From: an uncultured Spirochaetia bacterium
GTDB taxonomy: Bacteria > Desulfobacterota_D > UBA1144 > Nemesobacterales > Nemesobacteraceae
Length of the DNA stretch: 64,000 nucleotides
NCBI GenBank assembly: GCA_964429945.1
Contig: CAYSDX010000114.1
Span: 2,316-66,315 of the forward strand
Direction of reading: 5' to 3'
Shown here piece by piece: positions 37,225 to 46,456 of the stretch. Both the position numbers and the translations under genes were made by a program. Each line of letters starts with the position of its first letter. Position 1 is the first letter of the stretch. A model generated the notes under the pieces. That model was not told where the DNA came from, made no database searches, and was given only the letters and a program-made list of their open reading frames with translations.

Positions 37225-37878
37225 ATGAAAACCTTTTTCTTTCGGAAAAAACCGCGTTCCGGTATCCTAAAGGGGAACGTGAAGATCCTCCTCTACTACG
37301 ACTACATCTGCCCTTTCTGCTTCCTGGCAACCGAGAGGGTGCTTGACCTCGCAAGGGAGTTCGGCCTCGAAGCGAAGTGGCTCGGCGTGGAAATTCACCC
37401 CGAGTATCCGGCCGAGGGAAAAAGGCGGAGAAAAACGGAGAGGACCGTCCGCATCTCGAAGACGCTTGAGAACGTGGCCACCGAGGCCGGGGTGGAAATA
37501 AAGCTTCCGGGATTCATAACCAACTCGAGGCTCTGCCTTGAGGGGGCAGAGTTCGCGAAGCAGAAAAACAGGTTCATGGAATTTCACAAGGCCTGCTACG
37601 CAGCCTACTTTCGTGAGGGCAAGAACATAGGCCTTCTGGAAACCGTCCTCGAGGCGGGCGAGAGGGCGGGGCTTCGTCCCGAGGAGCTCTCCGAGTCCCT
37701 TCGGGAAAGGAGCTTTTCGGAAAAAATAGAGGAGAACATGAAGAGCGCCAGGGAAAACATGGTCTTCGGCGTCCCTACCCTCTACCTCGGGGAATTGAGG
37801 ATACACGGAATCCAGCCGCTTGAATCATACAGACAGCTGATAGCAAAGGAACTCGGCAGGGGAGAGTCCCTGCACTGA
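37225..37878 (+). CDS. DsbA-family thioredoxin-fold oxidoreductase
   Basis: LLYYDYICPFCFLA (CPFC active site) and C-terminal VFGVPTLYL. Confidence 0.8.
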   Translation: MKTFFFRKKPRSGILKGNVKILLYYDYICPFCFLATERVLDLAREFGLEAKWLGVEIHPEYPAEGKRRRKTERTVRISKTLENVATEAGVEIKLPGFITNSRLCLEGAEFAKQKNRFMEFHKACYAAYFREGKNIGLLETVLEAGERAGLRPEELSESLRERSFSEKIEENMKSARENMVFGVPTLYLGELRIHGIQPLESYRQLIAKELGRGESLH

Positions 37879-37888
37879 GGCTTTCTAG

Positions 37889-39706
37889 TCATTTCCGCTT
37901 CGGGGCGAGCTCCCTGGCGCGACGCAGATACCTCTCAGCCTCTTCGTGGCGGCCCAGCCTCTCAAGCGCCTTCCCCGTAAGAAAATGAAGTCTCGGGGCC
38001 ATGGGCAGATCAGGCTTGAGCAAAAGAGCCCGCTTCATGCTCGATGCGGCCTCTTCATATCGTTTAAGCCCGAAAAGCACGTAGCCCATTCCGACATAGG
38101 GAAGGGGGTAGTCGGGATCTATCCTGACCGCGGCCAGATATGCTTCGAGCGCTTCTTTATACTGGCTCCGCCTCCTTAAGCTCTCCCCGAGATTCAAAAA
38201 AGCCGGTGCGTAGCGTGGATTGAGTTCAATAGCCCTTCGCAGGTGCCCCTCTGCCTCTTCATACCGACCCAGCCCTGACAATGCCGCCCCCAGAACGTTA
38301 TGGGAGCTGTGGTAAAGGGGGCGCTTTTTCACGGCAACGCGGGCGGCGGCAAGAGCTTCTTCCGATGCGCCCTCGCTGTGAAGAAGCCCGTATGCAAGGT
38401 TGAGATGAGCCGTACGAGCGTCCGGATTAAGAGAAATAACGTGCCTGAACAAGGTGACTTCGTCCTTGTAAACGCTTGTCTGATTCCATGTCGCTACGCC
38501 CAGCAGGACAAACAGCGCCAAGGCGGCTCCCCTTGCGGCCTTTCCCGGCAGATCCGGCAGTATCTTCGCCCCCCCCCAGGCCGCGGCGGCGGCAAAAAAC
38601 ACGATTACACCGATGCCTGCGAGATACTGGTAGCGGTCGGCGACAAACGAATAACGCATGTAGCCGTAGTCAACGAAACCAAGAGTGGGTGACAGCATGA
38701 CCGCGAAAAACAGGGCGCAGGCAAGGGGTCCCCGCCCGATCCTGCGGCGAAGGAACCACAGCGCCGCGGCTACGGCAGCCGCCGCGACGACATATGTCCA
38801 ACCCGCGGGATCAGCAATGTTTACATCCCAGTGCGGATAGATAACCGCCAGTTCCGCTGGCCAAAGCAGCTTGCCCACATAGAACCAGAGCGCGTGCGCC
38901 GCTATAAGCACCCTCTCAGCCATCGAGTAACCAAGAGAAATAGGCTGTACATCCTGGTAAAACAACAGGTCCCCAACCGCTATAGCAAGTCCCACGAGGA
39001 AAAACGGTGCCGTCCGCAGCAACCCACCCCGGGTGATGCGACCCTCTCTCCACCACTGGAGGATCAGCAGAGTGGCCGGGAAGACAACCACGACCGACTT
39101 TGAGAGCATGGCGGCCGCAAACAGCAGAAGTGCTCCCGCGTAGCGCCCCCGGCTCGGCGACTCGATGAAGCGAAGCCACAGCAAAAGCGAAGCAAGGCAG
39201 AACAGGGTTGCAAGCATGTCCTTCCTTCCCATTATCCAAGCGACGGATTCCGCGTGCAGCGGATGCACGGCGAACACCGCAGCCGCAAACCAAGCGCCGG
39301 GAACCGCAAGGCGCGAAAATACGCGCCAGAGCAACACGGTGTTTGCGAAGTGAATCAGAATATTAACTACGTGATAGCCTGCGGGGGAAAACCCCCAGAG
39401 CTTGTGCTCAAGCCAGAAGGTCGTATAGAGAAGCGGCCAGTAGTGTCCTTCCTTCCGCGTTCCCCCCTCAAGGTAGGCGCCTGCGGGATCAAACCAGAGA
39501 TCCCAGATTCCTCCCCATGTCGAAACGGCCACAAGGTTCCTCATTATGGAATCGTCCCAGACAAACCCCGCCTGGGTGGCCGGAAAGTAAATGACGGCTA
39601 CAAGCACGCCTAGGACCAAGACGGCGAAAGCGTCCCGCCGCAATATCCCATGCCCCAAAACCAGCTCCCCGCGTCCCCGCTCTCTTTCTTCCTTTGCGAT
39701 TGTCAT
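37889..39706 (-). CDS. Polytopic membrane protein with C-terminal TPR repeats (TMTC/PMT-like glycosyltransferase architecture)
   Basis: About 10 N-terminal hydrophobic helices, then several 34-aa TPR units (NLAYGLL..., HNVLGAAL..., FLNLGESL..., YVGMGYVL...). Confidence 0.65.
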   Translation of the reverse strand: MTIAKEERERGRGELVLGHGILRRDAFAVLVLGVLVAVIYFPATQAGFVWDDSIMRNLVAVSTWGGIWDLWFDPAGAYLEGGTRKEGHYWPLLYTTFWLEHKLWGFSPAGYHVVNILIHFANTVLLWRVFSRLAVPGAWFAAAVFAVHPLHAESVAWIMGRKDMLATLFCLASLLLWLRFIESPSRGRYAGALLLFAAAMLSKSVVVVFPATLLILQWWREGRITRGGLLRTAPFFLVGLAIAVGDLLFYQDVQPISLGYSMAERVLIAAHALWFYVGKLLWPAELAVIYPHWDVNIADPAGWTYVVAAAAVAAALWFLRRRIGRGPLACALFFAVMLSPTLGFVDYGYMRYSFVADRYQYLAGIGVIVFFAAAAAWGGAKILPDLPGKAARGAALALFVLLGVATWNQTSVYKDEVTLFRHVISLNPDARTAHLNLAYGLLHSEGASEEALAAARVAVKKRPLYHSSHNVLGAALSGLGRYEEAEGHLRRAIELNPRYAPAFLNLGESLRRRSQYKEALEAYLAAVRIDPDYPLPYVGMGYVLFGLKRYEEAASSMKRALLLKPDLPMAPRLHFLTGKALERLGRHEEAERYLRRARELAPKRK

Positions 39707-39747
39707 TTGTCCAAGGAAACCTGCGGTGCGTCAGCAGAGTTTCGCTT

Positions 39748-40878
39748 TTACCCCCTGCGCTCTGCCCCCCGAAACGTCCAGCGGGAATTCAGATAATAAT
39801 TAAGCAGTGCCCCGGGAGCAATCCCGCACGCCTGAAGCAGCACCGGGAACACCCGGGGAAACAGCAGAGAGAGAGCGACAAAGATCGCGTAGCTGAGCAG
39901 AAGGGTCAGAAAAGAGACCATGGCGAACTTAACGCCCCTCACGGACTCGCGGCCGGTCATGACCCGGGCGCCGAAAGTCCAGTAGTTGTTCATTATGAAG
40001 TTAGAAAAAATGGAAATCATTATCGCTGCGGGCGACGCCATAAACTTGTGGATGCCAAGCGTGAGCATCAGGTAAAAAGAGCCCAAGTTGACGACCACCC
40101 CGCAAAGACCCGTCACGCAGAACTTAAGAAAGGTAAAGTGGCTTCTGAAACGAATCCAGAGGATGTTGAGGAAAAACTCGAGCATGTTAGCTACGCCGAG
40201 CTTTGTTTCCCCGCGCTCGCGGTCGCGGAAATGAATCGGCTCCTCCACCACCTGTGCCCCGCAACGTAAAAGCCTGTACAGAAGTTCGACCTGAAACACG
40301 TAGCCCCGCGCCCGCATATCCTGCAGTTTTGCCTCCCGAAGCTTCTCCGTCCTTATGGCCTTAAACCCCGCCGTGCAGTCAGAAACCCCCCTCAGCCCGC
40401 CAATCCACCTTGCCAGGCGGTTTCCCCACCGCGACAGCAGCCGTCGCCTGAGGTGCCACCGTTCATCAAGCGAGCCTCCCGCAACATAGCGACTCCCGAT
40501 GGCCACGTCAGCCCCGGCGGCGATGCGCCCGAGAAGTCTCTCCGCATCTGCGGGGTCGTGCGAGAAGTCGGCGTCCATCTGCACCACCACGGAAGCACCT
40601 AGCGTATCCATTGCGTGGGTGATTCCCCGCACGTAAGCATCCCCAAGCCCGCGCCGCTCTCCCGAAAGCAGGTGCACCCGTCCGTCCTCTCCGGAAGCAA
40701 ACTCCCGGACCAACTGTGCCGTGCCGTCAGGGCTCTCGTCGTCAACGACGAGAAACGCCGTATCCTCGTCTCCGTAGAGCTGCGTTAGGCGCGAAAGAAG
40801 CGAAGTGATGTTAAGAGCCTCGTTATACGTGGGAATAACGAAACACACCTTTGGATTTTTCCCGTTCAATGCCGTCAC
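39748..40878 (-). CDS. GT2 polyprenol-phosphate mannosyl/glycosyltransferase (Dpm1-like) fused to a GtrA-like membrane domain
   Basis: VIPTYNE...VVDDESPDGT...QMDADFSHDP GT2 core, with a C-terminal 4-helix GtrA-like region ending NYYLNSRWTF. Confidence 0.8.
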   Translation of the reverse strand: MTALNGKNPKVCFVIPTYNEALNITSLLSRLTQLYGDEDTAFLVVDDESPDGTAQLVREFASGEDGRVHLLSGERRGLGDAYVRGITHAMDTLGASVVVQMDADFSHDPADAERLLGRIAAGADVAIGSRYVAGGSLDERWHLRRRLLSRWGNRLARWIGGLRGVSDCTAGFKAIRTEKLREAKLQDMRARGYVFQVELLYRLLRCGAQVVEEPIHFRDRERGETKLGVANMLEFFLNILWIRFRSHFTFLKFCVTGLCGVVVNLGSFYLMLTLGIHKFMASPAAIMISIFSNFIMNNYWTFGARVMTGRESVRGVKFAMVSFLTLLLSYAIFVALSLLFPRVFPVLLQACGIAPGALLNYYLNSRWTFRGAERRG

Positions 40879-40913
40879 TCTCCGCGATTATTTTACCGAA
40901 CCGGAACAGGGAA

Positions 40914-42122
40914 TTATTTCTCCACCCGCAGGCGGACTTCGCCAATCATCCTCGCGGTCGAGGAGACCACGGTGAAAGTCTTTCTCCCGAAAACTATCAC
41001 GGTCCCGGGAGCGGGAATCGACCCGTACCTGTAAAGAAGGAACCCTCCGAGGGTCTCGTAATCCTCTCCCTCCGGAATGGCGAGCCCTAGGCCATCGTTC
41101 AGACGCTCTATCTCGACTGTGGGGTCTATCAGGTACTCCCTGCCGCCCAGCCTTCTCCACGGGGTCTGGCCGGTGTCGTACTCGTCCTCTATTTCCCCCA
41201 CCACTTCTTCGATTATATCCTCGAGGGTTATGATTCCGACCGATCCCCCGTACTCGTCAACCACGACGGCCATCCCGGCACGCCCCCCTTTCATCTCGTC
41301 CATAAGCTCGTTTACAAGCTTCGATTCCGGAACGTAGAAGGGCGGGCGGGCGTACTGCTCCACGCTCTTGTCGAGATCCTGTTCGCCCAAAACGTAAAAC
41401 GAGTTGAGTATGCCGGTTATGTTGTCGACCCGGTCGCTGAAAATCGGGATCCTCGAGTGGCTTTTCTCCGCTATGAGTCTCTTCACGTCCCGAAGCGTGG
41501 ATTTTCTCTCAAGCGCGTCCACCTTCACGAGGGGGATCATTATCTCTCCAACTGTGGTCTCCGAGTAACCGAAGATCCTGCGTAGAACCCTTCTTTTGTA
41601 GTCCGCGCTCGGCTTGTTCTTGTCCTCCTCCACCACGTCCTCGAGCTCCTCGCGGGTTATGGAACTCATCTTCATTCCCCGGGTTAAGAGGCCGACGAAG
41701 AAAAGCACCGGATAGAAAAGCTTGGAGAAAACCCAGAGGGGATAGATCACCCAGAGCACTATTGAATTCTTCTTGCTCTCGAAAACCGCCTTGGGGACCA
41801 CCTGGCCGAAAACTACTATGAGCGGAGAGAGCACGGCCACGGTGTAGATGCCGCTTCGCTGCCCGAGCGTCTCCTCGAAATAAAAGGTGAGCACGAGGGT
41901 GTTTATTATGAGCGAGAGGTTAACCCCTATTAGGGTGGTGCCGATGAAGCTTTCGATCTTCGAGTAAGCGTCGAGAACGAGCCCGGCGGCGGCCGAACCA
42001 TCCTCGGCAAGGGATCTCATCTTTATCTTGTCGCAGGAGATAAGCGCTATCTCGGAACCGGCGAAAAAGGCCTGAAGAGCCAGAAACAGCAGAATCAGCA
42101 GGACCACAATCTCAATGGACAT
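40914..42122 (-). CDS. CNNM/CorC-family protein (DUF21 membrane domain, CBS pair, CorC_HlyC)
   Basis: 402 aa from ATG 42122 (ATGTCCATTGA overlaps the upstream stop). CBS pair and C-terminal transporter-associated domain. Confidence 0.82.
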   Translation of the reverse strand: MSIEIVVLLILLFLALQAFFAGSEIALISCDKIKMRSLAEDGSAAAGLVLDAYSKIESFIGTTLIGVNLSLIINTLVLTFYFEETLGQRSGIYTVAVLSPLIVVFGQVVPKAVFESKKNSIVLWVIYPLWVFSKLFYPVLFFVGLLTRGMKMSSITREELEDVVEEDKNKPSADYKRRVLRRIFGYSETTVGEIMIPLVKVDALERKSTLRDVKRLIAEKSHSRIPIFSDRVDNITGILNSFYVLGEQDLDKSVEQYARPPFYVPESKLVNELMDEMKGGRAGMAVVVDEYGGSVGIITLEDIIEEVVGEIEDEYDTGQTPWRRLGGREYLIDPTVEIERLNDGLGLAIPEGEDYETLGGFLLYRYGSIPAPGTVIVFGRKTFTVVSSTARMIGEVRLRVEK

Positions 42123-43452
42123 CGCCCCGGACCTCCTTGCTGACGTCAACCCTTATCTCCGAAATCCTTTTCCCATCCTTGCCCTCAACCGTGAAAACCA
42201 GCCCGCCGAAACCTATTTTCTCCCCCTCCGCGGGCAGCCTTCCGAAAAGGTCAAACACGAAGCCGCCCATTGTCTCATTCTCCATACGAAGCGGGATCAC
42301 GCTCTCCTCAAGTATCTTCCCCAGGTTCTCGAGTCCCGCCGAGCGGGCGACCGAGAAAAGATAGTCGTCGTTAAATTCCTCTATTCTCATCCCCCCGGGA
42401 ATCGTAATGGCTCCCCCGCGAACCGCGGGAGCGGCCTTCTTGAGCACCGAGCGCTCGTCCTCTATTTCTCCGAAAAGTTCCTCCAGTATGTCCTCCATGG
42501 TTACTAGCCCGTCAAACCTTCCGTACTCGTCAACCACTATCGCTATGTGGATCCTGTGCATCTGGAATTCGCGCAGCAGCGCCCCCGCGGGTTTGGAGCG
42601 CGGGATGAAATAAGGGCTCCGGAGGCACTCGCTCACCGCGGCCGCCGAGTTCTGTTCGGTGAAATCCCACTTGAGAAGATCCTTGCTGTAGAGAACGCCG
42701 GCTATGTTGTCCCGCTCCTCCTCGTAAACCGGGATCCGGGAGTGGCCCATCTGGCGGACCTGCCCCACGGCCGCATCCACCCTGATGTCGCGGGGAAGAG
42801 TGAAGCAGTCTATGGCGGGGGTCATTATCCTGTGGGCGGGCAGGTCCTCGAGATTGAAAAAGCCGTCGGCAAGATACTTCTCGACCTCGTTCAGCACCCC
42901 TTCGTCCCTTCCCATGCCCACCAGAATCTCAAGCTCGTCGGAGGAGATGTCGCTTCCCTGGGAGCGGTGGCCGAGGTCCGCGCCGAAGGCCCTTATGAAA
43001 AAACCCGAGACAAACATGATCGCCCACCTAAGCGGGGTGATGGCGACGTGGAAAAAGTAAAGGGGAAGCGCCACGGCCTTGGATATGGTTCTCGGGAACT
43101 TCACCCCGGCGGTCTTGGGAACGATCTCCCCGAAAACAAGAAGCGTGGGAGACGCTATGGCCAAGGAGATGAAGGCGACTGTCTGCTCCGGGGTGTCCTG
43201 GAGGTATTTTCTCACCGTGAGACCTATGACGCTTGAGTAAGCTATGTTGAAGACTTCGTCGGCCAGCAGGACCGTGGTTATCAGCTTGTGGGAATTTGAG
43301 AGAAGTTTCTCTATGGCCGCCGAAACCCTGCCCCCCTGCTTCGATATGCTCTCTCTCTGGGGACGGCTCAGAGAAAAAAGAGCCCCCTCGCTGAAGCAGA
43401 AAAACGCCGAGCAGCAAAGCAGAAAGAGAATCAGAATAAAATTTTCGCCCAA
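42112..43452 (-). CDS. CNNM/CorC-family protein (paralogue)
   Basis: Same DUF21/CBS/CorC_HlyC layout; TTG start. Confidence 0.8.
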   Translation of the reverse strand: MGENFILILFLLCCSAFFCFSEGALFSLSRPQRESISKQGGRVSAAIEKLLSNSHKLITTVLLADEVFNIAYSSVIGLTVRKYLQDTPEQTVAFISLAIASPTLLVFGEIVPKTAGVKFPRTISKAVALPLYFFHVAITPLRWAIMFVSGFFIRAFGADLGHRSQGSDISSDELEILVGMGRDEGVLNEVEKYLADGFFNLEDLPAHRIMTPAIDCFTLPRDIRVDAAVGQVRQMGHSRIPVYEEERDNIAGVLYSKDLLKWDFTEQNSAAAVSECLRSPYFIPRSKPAGALLREFQMHRIHIAIVVDEYGRFDGLVTMEDILEELFGEIEDERSVLKKAAPAVRGGAITIPGGMRIEEFNDDYLFSVARSAGLENLGKILEESVIPLRMENETMGGFVFDLFGRLPAEGEKIGFGGLVFTVEGKDGKRISEIRVDVSKEVRGDVH

Positions 43453-43476
43453 AAGAATCTATCTCCCGCAGAGGAG

Positions 43477-44454
43477 TCAGCAGAAATGCTCAAAACCCCC
43501 GGTATCGTAAAAAACCTCCTCCCCACCTTCGTCAAAAAACCTTACTCCCCGCCCTCCGGTAACGGACCCGATCCTCGAGATCGCGACCCCGCAGAGGCGG
43601 GAAACCTCATCCACCGCAATGCGCTTGTCCTCAGGCGAGGTGAAAAGAAGCTCATAGTCCTCCCCGCCCGAAACCGCGAGGCGGTAGACATCCTCGCAAA
43701 ACCTCGCGGAGAGGGAGAGAAAACCCCGAGAGAGCGGAAGGCTCCCGAGGTTCACTTCGGCACCCAGTCCGCGCTCGGAGGTAAGTTTCTCAAGATCGCA
43801 GAAAAGCCCATCGCTTATGTCTATCATAGAGGTGGCTATCCCGCGCTCCGCCACCATCCGGCCCACGGCAAGGCGCGGCGTGGGCGCAATATGTCTTGAG
43901 ATGACAATCTCGCCCCCGTCAATCCCGGGGTCGCTTGAGAGAATCCTGAGGCCCAGGGCGGAATCTCCGAGGGTCCCGGTCACGTATATGCCGTCTCCCT
44001 CCGCCGCTCCCGAGCGGAGAACCATGTCGTCCCTCAGCACCTCTCCAAGCGCCGTCATGCTTACAAAAACGGTCTTCGATTCGGAGAGGTTCCCCCCGAC
44101 TAAAGAGACATCGAACTCCCGGCAGCCATCCTCAACCCCCCGGGAGAACTCCTCAATGAATTCCCCCGCACCCGCGCCCCGACAGCCCAGGGAGCAGAGC
44201 AGGTACCTCGGCACGGCCCCCATCGCCCCTATGTCGCTTACGGCTACGCAGACCGCCTTTTTACCTAGCTGCCTCGGGGTCTGAGTTTCAACACGGAAGT
44301 GAACGCCTTCGACCAGAGTGTCAGTCGAGGCAACAAGACAGGTTTTGTCTCTGAGTTTTAAAACAGCGGAATCGTCCCCTATCCCCATCAAAACTTCTTT
44401 CTGCGTAGCCTTGAACCTGTCAGCTAAAAATCTCAAGGCGTCTTCTTCGCCCAT
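43477..44454 (-). CDS. thiL: Thiamine-monophosphate kinase
   Basis: GIGDDSAVL N-terminus, AIR-synthase-like fold pattern, DISDGL motif. Confidence 0.88.
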   Translation of the reverse strand: MGEEDALRFLADRFKATQKEVLMGIGDDSAVLKLRDKTCLVASTDTLVEGVHFRVETQTPRQLGKKAVCVAVSDIGAMGAVPRYLLCSLGCRGAGAGEFIEEFSRGVEDGCREFDVSLVGGNLSESKTVFVSMTALGEVLRDDMVLRSGAAEGDGIYVTGTLGDSALGLRILSSDPGIDGGEIVISRHIAPTPRLAVGRMVAERGIATSMIDISDGLFCDLEKLTSERGLGAEVNLGSLPLSRGFLSLSARFCEDVYRLAVSGGEDYELLFTSPEDKRIAVDEVSRLCGVAISRIGSVTGGRGVRFFDEGGEEVFYDTGGFEHFC

Positions 44455-44578
44455 TTGTGCCTTAAAGTGTATTGTAAACGTGGTTGGGTGTCAATTTGGG
44501 CGGGGAGGGAGAAAAAATTTTTCTCCCCTTCCCACAGGCACAAAAACCGGGTTTCACCCCGGGAAAAACCGTTTTTTC

Positions 44579-44607
44579 TTGACACGAAAAACCGATGTAA
44601 TTACAAT
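44579..44607 (+). promoter_or_regulatory. Near-consensus sigma70 promoter upstream of dnaA
   Basis: TTGACA (44579-44584), 17-nt spacer, TACAAT (44602-44607). Confidence 0.6.
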
Positions 44608-44663
44608 TAAATTCCACTTTCCGAAGGGTGGATTGGACTTTTTTCTGAAGTACCTGTTTTTGG

Positions 44664-46109
44664 GTGGTTTTTTGCTTTTCTGGAGAAGCACTGTTGAAAA
44701 AGGCAGAGGAAGTTGCGCACGGCAACCTGGCTACTGAAACTGACCAACTGAATCAAAAAATAGAGTTTAACTGGGACGCGGTTCTCGACTGCGTTAAAAA
44801 GGATCTTTACTTTCCCCCTTCCTGGTTGTTTTCCATAAAAGTTGCGAAGATCGAAGGCAGGCTGGTGACACTTGAGGCGAAAAGTCATTTCCAAGCCCTG
44901 TGGGTGAAAAACCACTATCTGCAGCTGATAAACGAAACCGCCCAGCACCTCTACGGAGTGGGCCGCTTCCAAGTAATAATAGATGAGCGCGAGAGGAACT
45001 CCGTGGCAGGCGGAGCGAAAAAAAACAGCGCCACGGAAGCAGAGAACCAGTCGCACGATCCCCAGTCCGTAAGCTTTTTCAGTTCGACCAACACGTTTGA
45101 GAATTTCGTCGTCGGACCGAGCAACCAGTTCGCCCACGCGGCCTCTTACGCAATCGCCGAGAACCCCGGTATGGCGTACAACCCGCTTTTTATACACAGC
45201 GGCGTAGGGCTCGGGAAAACCCACCTCCTCCACTCAATAGGAAACCACATACTCCAAAAACACGGAAACCGCCTGAACACCCTCTGCATCTCGGCCGAGC
45301 ACTTCACAAACGGGGTGGTGCAGAGCATAAAAACGGGATCTATGGACAAGTTCAGAAACCTCTACAGGTTCAACTGCGACGTTCTGCTCATAGACGACAT
45401 CCAGTTTATCGCCGGAAAGGACAGCACCCAAGAGGAGTTCTTCCACACTTTCAACTCCCTCTACACGGCAAAAAAGCAGATAGTGATAACCAGCGACAAG
45501 CCTCCAAGCGTTATGAAGAACTTCGAGGAACGCCTCAAGTCAAGATTCGAGTGGGGGCTCACGGCTGACATACAGACGCCGGAGGTGGAGACCAAGATAG
45601 CCATCATAGAAAAAAAGGCCGAGGAGGAACAAATAGAGATCCCCGGCGACGTGGCCTCGTTCATAGCACAGAACGTTCTCTCTAACATAAGAGAGCTTGA
45701 AGGGTCGGTGAACAAGCTGTTCGCCTACTCGAGAATGTTCAGGGAAAGAATAACTCTCGAGCTGGCAAAACAGCTCCTCAAGCACTTGGTGAGAAAAGAG
45801 ACCCCGAAGATAATAACCATAGAGATCATTCAGAAAGAGGTGGGGTCGTTCTTTGACCTTTCGGTAAAGGACCTGAAATCCAACCAGAAGCAGAAAAAGA
45901 TCTCTGAACCCAGACAGATAGCGATGTTCCTTTCAAGAAAGTACACCTCCTCCTCGTTCCCCGAGATCGGGAACAGGTTCGGCGGAAAGAACCACTCCAC
46001 CGTGGTTCACGCGGTGAAGAACATCGAAAAGAAAACCGACAGGGATCCGAACGTATCAAACGCCGTCGCGGCAATCTCCGCAACCCTGGAGAAGTTCATC
46101 ACGTCCTGA
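44664..46109 (+). CDS. dnaA: Chromosomal replication initiator DnaA
   Basis: Walker A GVGLGKTHLL, LLIDDIQF, and C-terminal DNA-binding block RQIAMFLSRKYTSSSFPEIGNRFGGKNHSTVVHA. No in-frame ATG at the 5' end (GTG 44664 or TTG 44694), so the start is uncertain. Confidence 0.93.
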   Translation: MVFCFSGEALLKKAEEVAHGNLATETDQLNQKIEFNWDAVLDCVKKDLYFPPSWLFSIKVAKIEGRLVTLEAKSHFQALWVKNHYLQLINETAQHLYGVGRFQVIIDERERNSVAGGAKKNSATEAENQSHDPQSVSFFSSTNTFENFVVGPSNQFAHAASYAIAENPGMAYNPLFIHSGVGLGKTHLLHSIGNHILQKHGNRLNTLCISAEHFTNGVVQSIKTGSMDKFRNLYRFNCDVLLIDDIQFIAGKDSTQEEFFHTFNSLYTAKKQIVITSDKPPSVMKNFEERLKSRFEWGLTADIQTPEVETKIAIIEKKAEEEQIEIPGDVASFIAQNVLSNIRELEGSVNKLFAYSRMFRERITLELAKQLLKHLVRKETPKIITIEIIQKEVGSFFDLSVKDLKSNQKQKKISEPRQIAMFLSRKYTSSSFPEIGNRFGGKNHSTVVHAVKNIEKKTDRDPNVSNAVAAISATLEKFITS

Positions 46110-46456
46110 AGCCACACCAAGAGGTGGTCTGTTAAAAAAGAACCGGAAAAACTGTGCAGCGATTTTTGTTTCCCGGCAATATGGCCACACCGGGGAAGTA
46201 GGTATGGTTTTCTGTTAGTAAAAAGAAAAGCTATGAACATCCCGCTGCCGGAAAAAGCCAAGGGTTTCGGATGATTTCACACATTTCACCCTTTTCACAG
46301 CAACTACTATTACTACTACTGAAGAAAGTTTTAAAATATAGATAGAAGCAACAGCAGAAAAAACGGCAGTGTTTGCAGATTATGGTTTTGTAGCCAAAAA
46401 ATGGTTATTATCCCTACGATAAACGTGTTTGCACGCGACAGGAGGTTTTTCCTCAG
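46110..46456. other. oriC: Candidate oriC region (dnaA-dnaN intergenic)
   Basis: 347-bp non-coding gap with degenerate DnaA-box-like 9-mers (TTATCCCTA, revcomp TGTGGCTTC and TGTGGCCAT, CTTTTCACA). An AT-rich stretch includes ACT ACT ATT ACT ACT ACT and gttttaaaatatagatag. Confidence 0.35.

Noticed and set aside
39694-40269. 191-aa plus-strand ORF overlapping the GT2-GtrA gene.
   Set aside because: It runs antisense to a gene with clear GT2 motifs, and its translation is low-complexity and Arg/Pro-rich.
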